A stretch of 64,000 nt of DNA from an uncultured Actinomycetota bacterium (GTDB lineage Bacteria > Actinomycetota > Actinomycetes > Propionibacteriales > Nocardioidaceae). Shown piece after piece: positions 19,576 through 27,323 of the stretch; positions within the stretch are counted from its first letter, which is position 1, and each line of letters opens with the position of its first letter. The stretch lies in assembly GCA_963827195.1 (NCBI GenBank), contig CAWGZT010000008.1, positions 127,708 through 191,707 of the forward strand, in the 5' to 3' direction. Below the pieces are notes generated by a model. The model saw only the letters and a program-made list of their open reading frames with translations, searched no databases and was not told the DNA's origin. The position numbers were made by a program, and so were the translations under genes.

Positions 19576-20011
19576 ATGAAGAGAGTCCTGGTCTCGACCG
19601 CGCTGCTGCTCGCGCTGGCCCCCACGCTGGCCGCCTGCGGCGACGACGAGCCGGCGGCGGGTGACGCGCCGAGCGACGCCTCGGCGCAGGACTTCTGCGA
19701 CGCCCTGCGCGGCGTTGCCGAGGGCTACTTCGCCGTGTCGCCCGAGGAGCCCACCGAGGACGAGGTGCGCGACATCAAGCAGGCCGTCGCCGACCTCGTC
19801 GAGGTCGGCACCCCCGAGGACATGTCGGACGACGAGCGCGCCGGCTTCACGCTGGTCACCGACTCGGTGCTGGCCCTCGAGGACGACGCGACCCGCGACG
19901 AGCTCGAGAGCGCCGGCGAGGAGTTCAGCCGGGGCGGACGAGGAGAAGGCAGACGCCTTCGACGACTATGTGGACCAGACGTGCGAAGGCATGTCGGGAG
20001 ACGACGAATGA
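19576..20011 (+). pseudogene. Acidic lipoprotein (paralog 1), frameshifted near 19925-19935 or read through into paralog 2
   Basis: GAGGAGGG RBS followed by MKRVLVSTALLLALAPTLAACGDD (lipobox LAAC). The homologous C-terminus ADEEKADAFDDYVDQTCEGMSGDDE* is in the +1 frame (ORF 19661-20011). In the original frame it runs into an Arg-rich linker and then into the next gene. Confidence 0.55.
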
Positions 20012-20025
20012 CAAGGATGAGGATC

Positions 20026-20538
20026 ATGACGAGCACCAGGACCTTCAAGACGGCCTTCACGACGACCGGCACGACGACCGGCAGGACGGCCGGCGCGGCC
20101 GCCGCGCTCGCCCTGGTCCTCGCGGGCTGCGGAGGCGGTGCCTCCGGCGCCCCCACCGACGCGTCGCAGGACGACTTCTGCGAGAAGTACACCAGCGGCT
20201 TCCTCGGTGCCTTCGAGGAGATCGACCCCGAGGCCTCCGAGGAGGAGCAGGCCGAGTCGATCCTCGAGTCGCTCAAGAAGTGGGCCGGCGAGATGGAGGA
20301 CGTCGGCACCCCCGAGGACATGTCCGACGAGGCCCGCGACGGCTTCGAGCTGACGCTGGAGAGCATCCAGGACCTCGACGCCGAGGACCTGCAGGACGAG
20401 GAGGCCATGGCCGAGCTCGAGGAGGAGCTGTCCGGCGACGACAAGGCGGCCGCCGAGGCCCTGCAGACCTACGTCACCGACAACTGCGACTTCGGCCTGC
20501 CCGACGCCAGCGACCTGCCCAGCCTCCCCACGGAGTGA
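20026..20538 (+). CDS. Acidic lipoprotein (paralog 2)
   Basis: About 170 aa. MTSTRTFK...AAAALALVLAGCGG (lipobox LAGC). Shares DFC, VGTPEDMSD and DNCDF-type landmarks with paralog 1. The start could be the ATG at 20017 or 20008. Confidence 0.65.
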   Translation: MTSTRTFKTAFTTTGTTTGRTAGAAAALALVLAGCGGGASGAPTDASQDDFCEKYTSGFLGAFEEIDPEASEEEQAESILESLKKWAGEMEDVGTPEDMSDEARDGFELTLESIQDLDAEDLQDEEAMAELEEELSGDDKAAAEALQTYVTDNCDFGLPDASDLPSLPTE

Positions 20539-20553
20539 CCTGAGCAGTCGGCG

Positions 20554-20889
20554 TCAGACGACCTGCGGCGCGTGACCCGTCTCGCTGACCATCGGCCGGC
20601 CGGCGGCGGCCCAGTCGAGCATGCCGCCGTCGAGGTTGACCACGTCGTAGCCCTGCTGGGCGAGGTAGCCGACGGCCTGGCCGGAGCGCCCGCCGACCCT
20701 GCAGACCACCAGCGTCTGGCCGGTCGGGAGGTCGGCGAGGCGCTCGGTGAGCTCACCGAGCGGCACGTGGACGGCGCCCTCGATGTGACCGTGCTGCCAC
20801 TCGATGGGCTCGCGCACGTCGAGGACGGTCAGCCCGGCGGGCAGCGGGTGGGGGACGTGGTCGACGGAGACGGTCGGGATGTCGCTCAT
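20554..20889 (-). CDS. Rhodanese-domain sulfurtransferase
   Basis: 111 aa. Active-site loop VVCRVGGRSGQA. Single rhodanese domain. Confidence 0.85.
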   Translation of the reverse strand: MSDIPTVSVDHVPHPLPAGLTVLDVREPIEWQHGHIEGAVHVPLGELTERLADLPTGQTLVVCRVGGRSGQAVGYLAQQGYDVVNLDGGMLDWAAAGRPMVSETGHAPQVV

Positions 20890-20899
20890 GGGAGACCTT

Positions 20900-21766
20900 T
20901 CACTTGAGGAGCTTGCTCATCCGCCGGTCGGCGAGGGGCTTGCCGCCGGTCTGGCAGGTGGGGCAGTACTGCAGGGAGGAGTCGGCGAAGGACACCTCGC
21001 GCACGACGTCGCCGCACACGGGGCAGGCTGCACCCGTGCGACCGTGGACGGCGAGGTGCGACTTCTTCTCGCCCTTGAGCTCGCTGGCCGCCAGGCCGCG
21101 CGAGCGCTCGACGGCGTCCCCGAGCACCCCGCGGATCGCCGCGTAGAGCGTCTCGACCTCGCCGTCGTCCAGGCTGCTGGCGGGCTTGAACGGCGACATC
21201 CGGGCCGCGTGGAGCAGCTCGTCGCTGTAGGCGTTGCCGATGCCGGCGATCGTGCCCTGGTGGCGCAGCACCCCCTTGAGCTGCTTGCGCCCCTCCGCCT
21301 CGAGGATGCCGCGCAGCACGTCGATGGTGAACTCGTCGGCGAGCGGGTCGGGCCCGAGCCGGGCGATGCCCGGCACGTCGGCGGGATCGCGTACGACGTA
21401 CATCGCCAGCGACTTCTTGGTGCCCGCCTCGGTGATGTCCAGGCCGCTCTCGTCGTCGAGCACGACGCGCGCCGCCATCGGCGACTTGTTGCTCGGCTTG
21501 GGCGGCAGCGCCGGGACCTCCTCGCGCCACCGGATCCAGCCGGCGCGCGCGAGGTGCAGGCACAGGTGCAGCCCCGAGGCGTGGATGTCGAGGAACTTGC
21601 CGTGCCGGGTCACGTCGTCGACCAGCGTGCCCTCGAGCGCGGAGAGCGGCGGGTCGTAGGTCTTCAGTGCGCTGAAGGCGGCCAGGTGGATCTTGGTGAT
21701 CGCACGCCCCTCGAGCCGGCCCCGGAGGTCCAGGGTCAGGGCTTCCACCTCGGGCAGCTCGGGCAC
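20900..21766 (-). CDS. Fpg/Nei-family DNA glycosylase / AP lyase
   Basis: Start set at the GTG at 21766 so that the mature N-terminus is PELPEVE. C-terminal zinc finger CPVCGDVV...YCPTCQ. Confidence 0.85.
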   Translation of the reverse strand: MPELPEVEALTLDLRGRLEGRAITKIHLAAFSALKTYDPPLSALEGTLVDDVTRHGKFLDIHASGLHLCLHLARAGWIRWREEVPALPPKPSNKSPMAARVVLDDESGLDITEAGTKKSLAMYVVRDPADVPGIARLGPDPLADEFTIDVLRGILEAEGRKQLKGVLRHQGTIAGIGNAYSDELLHAARMSPFKPASSLDDGEVETLYAAIRGVLGDAVERSRGLAASELKGEKKSHLAVHGRTGAACPVCGDVVREVSFADSSLQYCPTCQTGGKPLADRRMSKLLK

Positions 21767-21824
21767 GCCACCGATCCTAGGCCGAACCCGTGACACGACG
21801 GGCCCTCACGACGCATGATGAGGG

Positions 21825-22100
21825 ATGCCCGCCGCGCGCCCCCTCCCCGAGACGGGGTCGATCTTCCTCGACGCCCGCGGCCGGGACCGGGCGCTGCGGA
21901 TCTCGTGGCACACCGACGCCGCCGTCGTCGTCCTCTCGCTCTGGCGCGACAACCTGTGCACCGGCTCCTTCCGGCTCTCCGTCGACGAGGTCCCCGACCT
22001 GATCGACCTGCTCCGGACCGGGCTCGACCAGGCCTACGCCGGCGTCCACCGGCCCGAGGCCCTCGAGGACACCGCGGTCCGGTCCCGCCTGCGCGCCTGA
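21825..22100 (+). CDS. Small hypothetical protein
   Basis: 91 aa with good third-position GC. No motif recognised. Confidence 0.45.
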   Translation: MPAARPLPETGSIFLDARGRDRALRISWHTDAAVVVLSLWRDNLCTGSFRLSVDEVPDLIDLLRTGLDQAYAGVHRPEALEDTAVRSRLRA

Positions 22101-22171
22101 CGCCGCGACACGGGCTACGCCTCGATCGGCCAATCTAAGGATGGCGCTAGAGAGCCGGATACCGTCCTCGC

Positions 22172-23392
22172 ATGGACCCGATCCGCAACCCCTACGCGCC
22201 CGGTGCCGGCCAGCGCCCGCCCGAGCTCGCCGGACGCGACGAGCAGGTCGGAGCCTTCGACGTCGTCCTCGAGCGGGTGGCGCGGGGGCGCCCCGAGCGG
22301 TCGCTCGTGCTCACCGGCCTGCGCGGCGTCGGCAAGACCGTGCTGCTCAACGCGTTGCGCTCGCAGGCGGTCCGCAAGGGCTGGGGCACCGGCAAGCTGG
22401 AGGCCCGGCCCGACCAGCGGTTGCGTCGACCGCTCAGCAGCGCCCTGCACCAGGCGGTGCGCGAGCTGGCCCACCCCGAGCAGGACCAGGCCGACCACGT
22501 GCTCGGCGTGCTGCGCGCCTTCGCCCAGCGCGAGGCCGGTCCCTCCGCCAAGCTGCGCGAGCAGTGGAGCCCCGGGATCGACGTACCCGCCGCGCGCGGG
22601 CGCGCCGACTCCGGTGACATCGAGATCGACCTCGTCGAGCTCCTCACCGACGTCGGCGGGCTCGCCGCCGACGTGGGCAAGGGCGTCGCCGTCTTCATCG
22701 ACGAGATGCAGGACCTCGGCCCCGACGACGTCTCGGCGCTGTGCGCGGCCTGCCACGAGATCAGCCAGACCGGTCTGCCGGTGATCGTCGTCGGCGCCGG
22801 TCTGCCGCACCTCCCGGCGGTGCTGTCGGCCAGCAAGTCCTACTCCGAGCGGCTCTTCTCCTACCAGCGCATCGACCGGCTCTCGCGCGCCGAGGCCGAC
22901 CGCGCGCTGACCGCGCCCGCCGACGACGAGGACGCGGCCTTCGCGGAGGCCGCGCTGACGGCGATGTACGCCGCCACGGGCGGCTACCCCTACTTCATCC
23001 AGGCCTACGGCAAGGCCGTCTGGGACCTCGCTCCTCGCTCCCCGATCACCGTCGAGGACGTGGCCGTCGCCGCGCCCGAGGCCGAGCGCGAGCTGGCCGT
23101 GGGGTTCTTCGGCAGCCGCTACGAGCGCGCCACGCCGGGGGAGCGCGACTACCTGCGCGCGATGGCCGACGCGGCGGTCGCGATCGCCGCCGCCGACCCC
23201 GACGGGGAGGGCGTCGACGTCGTCGGCTCGGTCGCCACGGCCGACGTCGCGGCCCAGCTCGACAAGAAGCCGCAGTCCTTGTCGCCGGCTCGTGACTCCC
23301 TGCTGAAGAAGGGCCTCATCTACTCCGGGGAGCGGGGCCGGATCGCCTTCACCGTGCCCCACTTCGGGCGCTACCTGCGCGAGAACGCCTGA
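22172..23392 (+). CDS. AAA/ORC-Cdc6-like ATP-binding protein (Arch_ATPase-like)
   Basis: 406 aa. Walker A LTGLRGVGKTVLLN, Walker B VAVFIDEMQDL. C-terminal region looks winged-helix-like. Confidence 0.75.
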   Translation: MDPIRNPYAPGAGQRPPELAGRDEQVGAFDVVLERVARGRPERSLVLTGLRGVGKTVLLNALRSQAVRKGWGTGKLEARPDQRLRRPLSSALHQAVRELAHPEQDQADHVLGVLRAFAQREAGPSAKLREQWSPGIDVPAARGRADSGDIEIDLVELLTDVGGLAADVGKGVAVFIDEMQDLGPDDVSALCAACHEISQTGLPVIVVGAGLPHLPAVLSASKSYSERLFSYQRIDRLSRAEADRALTAPADDEDAAFAEAALTAMYAATGGYPYFIQAYGKAVWDLAPRSPITVEDVAVAAPEAERELAVGFFGSRYERATPGERDYLRAMADAAVAIAAADPDGEGVDVVGSVATADVAAQLDKKPQSLSPARDSLLKKGLIYSGERGRIAFTVPHFGRYLRENA

Positions 23393-23434
23393 ACCACCGG
23401 CCCTCCCCATGGCGGGCTGCGCGGGTGACACACT

Positions 23435-24223
23435 GTGCGCATGAGGCCGCAAGTCGTCGCTCACCGTGGCGCCAGCCACGAGAATGCCGAGCACACCCTC
23501 GGGGCCTACCTCGCAGCGCTCGACGCCGGGGCCGAGGGTCTCGAGTGCGACGTGCGGCTGACCGCCGACGGCCACCTGGTCTGCGTGCACGACCGCAACC
23601 TGCGGCGTACGGCGAGCCGCCGCGGCGTGGTCTCCACCCTCGACCTCGCGGAGCTGTCCGAGCTCGACTTCGCCTCGTGGAAGAACCCCTGGAACGACCT
23701 CGACGACGAGGCGCCCGACCGCGACGAGGAGCTCGACCGGGTCCTCACGCTGCGCAAGCTGCTGGAGACCGTCGCCGACTACGACCGTCGCGTGGAGGTG
23801 GCGATCGAGACCAAGCACCCCACCCGCTACGGCGGGCTGGTCGAGAAGCGGCTCGTGGAGATGCTGCGCGACTTCGGCTGGGACAAGCCGGGCTCCCCGG
23901 TGCGGGTGATGAGCTTCTCCTTCACCGCGCTGCAGCGCGTCGAGCGGATGGCGCCCGGCATCCAGCTGGTGCAGCTGGTCGAGCACCTGCCGGCGTGGCC
24001 GATGCTGCGTCGCGTCATCGGCAAGGACTGGGTCGTGGGGCCCGGCATCGACCTGCTGCGCGAGCACCCGCGCTTCGCCCAGCGTGTCGTGCGCAGCGGG
24101 CACGGCGTGCACGTCTGGACGGTCAACACCCAGGCCGACCTCGAGCTGTGCATCGAGCTCGGCGTCAAGGCCGTCATCAGCGACCGGCCCGCCTACATGC
24201 TGGAGCTCCTCGAGCAACGCTGA
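23435..24223 (+). CDS. Glycerophosphodiester phosphodiesterase
   Basis: 262 aa. Motif VVAHRGASHENAEHTLGAY..GAEGLECDVRLTADGHLVCVHD. Confidence 0.9.
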   Translation: MRMRPQVVAHRGASHENAEHTLGAYLAALDAGAEGLECDVRLTADGHLVCVHDRNLRRTASRRGVVSTLDLAELSELDFASWKNPWNDLDDEAPDRDEELDRVLTLRKLLETVADYDRRVEVAIETKHPTRYGGLVEKRLVEMLRDFGWDKPGSPVRVMSFSFTALQRVERMAPGIQLVQLVEHLPAWPMLRRVIGKDWVVGPGIDLLREHPRFAQRVVRSGHGVHVWTVNTQADLELCIELGVKAVISDRPAYMLELLEQR

Positions 24224-24270
24224 CGGGCCCTGGGGAGGCGCTGCTCGCGGGGCCCAGTAGGTTCGGGACC

Positions 24271-25200
24271 ATGGCCAAGAGCTCCCGCACCAAGACCCGC
24301 GACCCCCTGCCCGCCGGCGAGATCGCCCCCCGTCAGCCCTGCCCCTGCGGCTCGGGCAAGCGCTACAAGGCGTGCCACGGCGCCAAGGGAGGCGCCGCCG
24401 ACGTCTTCGTCGGCCGCCCCTTCGAGGGTCTGCCCTCCGAGTGCGACATCGTCGCGATGCGCGAGCTGGTGCCCGCGGCCACCGCGACCCTCAAGGTCGA
24501 GAAGGCCGGCGACCGCGAGGTCACCCTCTGCACCCTCCTGCCGATGGCGGCGCCCGCCATGTCGCGCGAGAGCGGCCAGGTGTGGCTCGGGCTGCAGGTC
24601 CAGCACAACTACGGCGACCCGTCGCGCGACCTCGCCGCGGTGCTGCTGCAGGCGATCGACGCGGAGCCCGGCATCGTGGGCCTGACGCAGGCGCCCGGCG
24701 AGGGCCCGCGACTGCAGGACCTGGTGGGCGACGGGACGCTCGAGGTCACCGTCCACGACGGCTTCGAGTACTGGATCAGCGACGTCGAGGACACCAGCGG
24801 CATGGAGGCCGCGCTCGAGCAGGCCAACCAGGCAGCGACCCCGACCGCCCGGCTGAGCTCGGTCGAGGCGGCGTACTGGACCGACGTCGGCAGCAAGGAG
24901 CACCTGCGCTGGGTCATGCCCGAGCCCGAGGACCGGCTGCTCGACGCGCTGGCCCGCCTGCACGTCTCCGGCGCCGACGTCATCGCCGAGGGCGCCCGCC
25001 TGGTCGGGATGTTCCGTGCGCACGGGCTGCTCGCCCCGGTCTGGGACCTGCCCGTCGGCACCGGCGCGGCCGCCCTCGAGGAGCCCGCGGCCGCGTTCAA
25101 GGTCGCGCTGGACGAGGCGCTCGCCGACACCTCCGACCTCACCACCGAGCAGCGTGCGGCTCGCTCGGGCCTCGCCAACCGTCAGGTGACCATTCGCTGA
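24271..25200 (+). CDS. SEC-C metal-binding-motif protein (DUF5926-like, from memory)
   Basis: 309 aa from the ATG at 24271. MAKSSRTKTRD...PCPCGSGKRYKACHG. The ORF-track start at 23425 overlaps the previous gene in another frame. Confidence 0.8.
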   Translation: MAKSSRTKTRDPLPAGEIAPRQPCPCGSGKRYKACHGAKGGAADVFVGRPFEGLPSECDIVAMRELVPAATATLKVEKAGDREVTLCTLLPMAAPAMSRESGQVWLGLQVQHNYGDPSRDLAAVLLQAIDAEPGIVGLTQAPGEGPRLQDLVGDGTLEVTVHDGFEYWISDVEDTSGMEAALEQANQAATPTARLSSVEAAYWTDVGSKEHLRWVMPEPEDRLLDALARLHVSGADVIAEGARLVGMFRAHGLLAPVWDLPVGTGAAALEEPAAAFKVALDEALADTSDLTTEQRAARSGLANRQVTIR

Positions 25201-25344
25201 CGCATGCCCCCAGGGGTACAGTGAGAGGGACGAGGTCGCCGCGTGCCGTGGGGCTGCTCGACGTCCTCACACGACGTCCGGCCGCTGCTTGATCCCCCGT
25301 CTGCAGCGGTCGGGCCGCACCCCTCCGCCGCCCGGCGGTGACGC

Positions 25345-26397
25345 TCAGCCCGGGCGGCCCGGGGTGGCGCGCCGCAGGGCCCAGGCCCGCAGCCGCGAGT
25401 AGCCCTTGACCGAGACGCGTCGTATCCGCCGCATCGTGTACGCCGACCCGCCCGCACCGCCCCCCGGCTCGCCGTCGGGGGCCTCGGAGGGGTCGCCGGT
25501 GCCCGGGTCCTCGTGGTGCACGCGGCCGGAGAGACGCTCGTAGGCGCCCTGGTCGATGACCACCGAGCCCGGTCGCGCGATCGAGGTCAGCCGGGAGGCG
25601 ATGTTGACGGTCGGCCCGAAGACGTCGCCGAGCCGGGTGACGACGGGACCGTAGGCGATCCCGGCGCGCACCTCGGGGAAGCGGTCCTGGTCGTCGCTGC
25701 CGCGCGCGGTCATCAGGAGCGCGATCTCGGCGGCGTCGGCGACCTCGTCGGTGACCAGCAGCACCTCGTCGCCGATGTTCTTGATGATGCGACCGCCCCG
25801 GTCCACCACCAGGTCCAGGGTCTCGCTCTCGAAGTGCTCGAGCCAGTCGACGAGCTCGGCCTCGGTGAGCGACTTGCTGCGCGAGGTGTAGCCCACGATG
25901 TCGACGAAGACCACCGCCTGGTGCAGCACGGGCGAGCCGGGCTCCTCGACGGCCAGCATCCGGGAGCCGGCGCTGACCAGGTGACGGCGCCACACGTAGG
26001 ACTGGAGCGCGTCGACGCGGGGCAGCACCTCCTCGGTCATCTGCGTGAGGATCTCGGCCGGGTCGGCGCCGCTCTCGAGCGCCCGGCTGGTGAGCAGCGC
26101 GGCCTGCCACTCGGCCAGGCGGGCATAGCTGCGGCCCCAGGTGCGCACCAGGGCCGCCTGGCGGTCGGGGCCGAGGATGCCCAGGTCGATGAGGTCACGG
26201 GTGTCGCGCAGCGCCTGCACGTCGAGGGAGGTGAAGGCGATCGCGTCGTCGGTCTGCGCCGGGAAGCCCATCAGTCGCCAGAGCTCGACGGAGACCTCGA
26301 GCGGCACCCCGGCCTGCTCGGAGACCTCGATCCGCGTCAGGCTCGGCGGCTCGCCGAGCAGGTAGGCCTCGATGACCTCCAGCGCGCCCGCCAGCAC
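25345..26397 (-). CDS. Class III adenylate/guanylate cyclase with N-terminal ~150-aa domain
   Basis: 350 aa. Cyclase core VVFVDIVGYTS...IKNIGDEVLLV...RAGIAYGPVV..GDVFGPTVNIASRL. Confidence 0.85.
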   Translation of the reverse strand: MLAGALEVIEAYLLGEPPSLTRIEVSEQAGVPLEVSVELWRLMGFPAQTDDAIAFTSLDVQALRDTRDLIDLGILGPDRQAALVRTWGRSYARLAEWQAALLTSRALESGADPAEILTQMTEEVLPRVDALQSYVWRRHLVSAGSRMLAVEEPGSPVLHQAVVFVDIVGYTSRSKSLTEAELVDWLEHFESETLDLVVDRGGRIIKNIGDEVLLVTDEVADAAEIALLMTARGSDDQDRFPEVRAGIAYGPVVTRLGDVFGPTVNIASRLTSIARPGSVVIDQGAYERLSGRVHHEDPGTGDPSEAPDGEPGGGAGGSAYTMRRIRRVSVKGYSRLRAWALRRATPGRPG

Positions 26398-26500
26398 GGC
26401 CGGGTCGGGCGGCTGGGCCCTCGGCGCCCGTGCTGCCCCGGGAGGCTCGGGGAGTCGGGGGAGCTCGGGGTCGTCGGGTGCCGCGGGCGGTGTCAGGTGC

Positions 26501-26866
26501 TCAGCCGAGGCGTGATTCGGCGACGGCCTCGAGGGCGGTCTTGAACTTGGGCATCTGCTCGCACAGCTCGTGCACCTGCTCGGAGGTGAAGTGGATGACC
26601 TCCAGCGGGGTCAGCGCGACGATGGAGGCGGTGCGCAGCGAGTGCCCCAGGATCGCCTTCTCGCCCATGAACTCACCGGGGCCGAGCTCGGCGATCTGCG
26701 CCCCGCCCTTGCGCACCGACACGGTGCCCTCGATCAGGATGTAGGCCTTGTCGGCCGGCGTGCGCTCCCAGATCGGGGACCAGCCCTCGGGCAGCCGGAC
26801 GTGGCGGCCCCGGGCGCTGATGCGCGCGACCTCCTGCGGTGTGAACGAGTCGAAGAACGATGCCAT
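26501..26866 (-). CDS. Stand-alone cyclic-nucleotide-binding (cNMP) domain protein
   Basis: 121 aa from the ATG at 26866 (MASFFDSF...). Motif GEFMGEKAILGHSLRTASIVA. Lies upstream of, and co-oriented with, the cyclase. Confidence 0.8.
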   Translation of the reverse strand: MASFFDSFTPQEVARISARGRHVRLPEGWSPIWERTPADKAYILIEGTVSVRKGGAQIAELGPGEFMGEKAILGHSLRTASIVALTPLEVIHFTSEQVHELCEQMPKFKTALEAVAESRLG

Positions 26867-27323
26867 GGATGAGCCTTTCGAAGTGGTGCTCCCCGCACGA
26901 ATCCTCCCGGCTGCACCCGGCGCTGTCCAGCAAACGCGCAGGTGACGTGCGACAAGGTGGAGCGGGTGACGAGACAACGGGGACGGGACGGCGGACGTGG
27001 GGCGAGTGCCGATCTCGGAGTTGGGTCCGAGGGGGGCTAGCATGGTGGCAGCACCGATCGACCGCACGACCACAGCGCCGCTCATCGAGCGGCGACTGAG
27101 GGTGCGGTGGTCGATCGAGCGGCCCCCAGCAGGGGGACGCAGGTCCCACACCGGGGGCGGGCCGTCGAGGCCCACCGCGATCGATATCGCGTGTATCGGT
27201 GGGGCCGAGCGGTCGGGGGGCACGTCCACGAACCCGACGTCGTGCAGGGTCCCGGCAGCGGGACGCCGTACGACACCCAGGTTCCGCCGCGGCGCGCGTG
27301 GCGGACACTCATCAGGAGGAGCT

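Noticed and set aside
19516-20538. Single 340-aa protein as given by the ORF track
   Set aside because: It contains two lipoprotein signal peptides and an Arg-rich non-protein-like linker. The conserved C-terminus of the first copy is in another frame. It is better explained as two genes with a frameshift.
22115-24217. 700-aa minus-strand ORF
   Set aside because: It is antisense to the AAA ATPase and the glycerophosphodiesterase, with no motifs.
25345-26866. Pycsar/CBASS-like cyclic-nucleotide defence system
   Set aside because: The cNMP-binding protein has no effector (TM, TIR, nuclease) domain, the cyclase is an ordinary class III enzyme, and the context is housekeeping.
26997-27323. N-terminal 109-codon extension of the second SNF2 helicase
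   Set aside because: The composition is not protein-like, third-position bias is weaker, and a better RBS/start exists at 27324. The region is kept as a possible structured leader in the findings.
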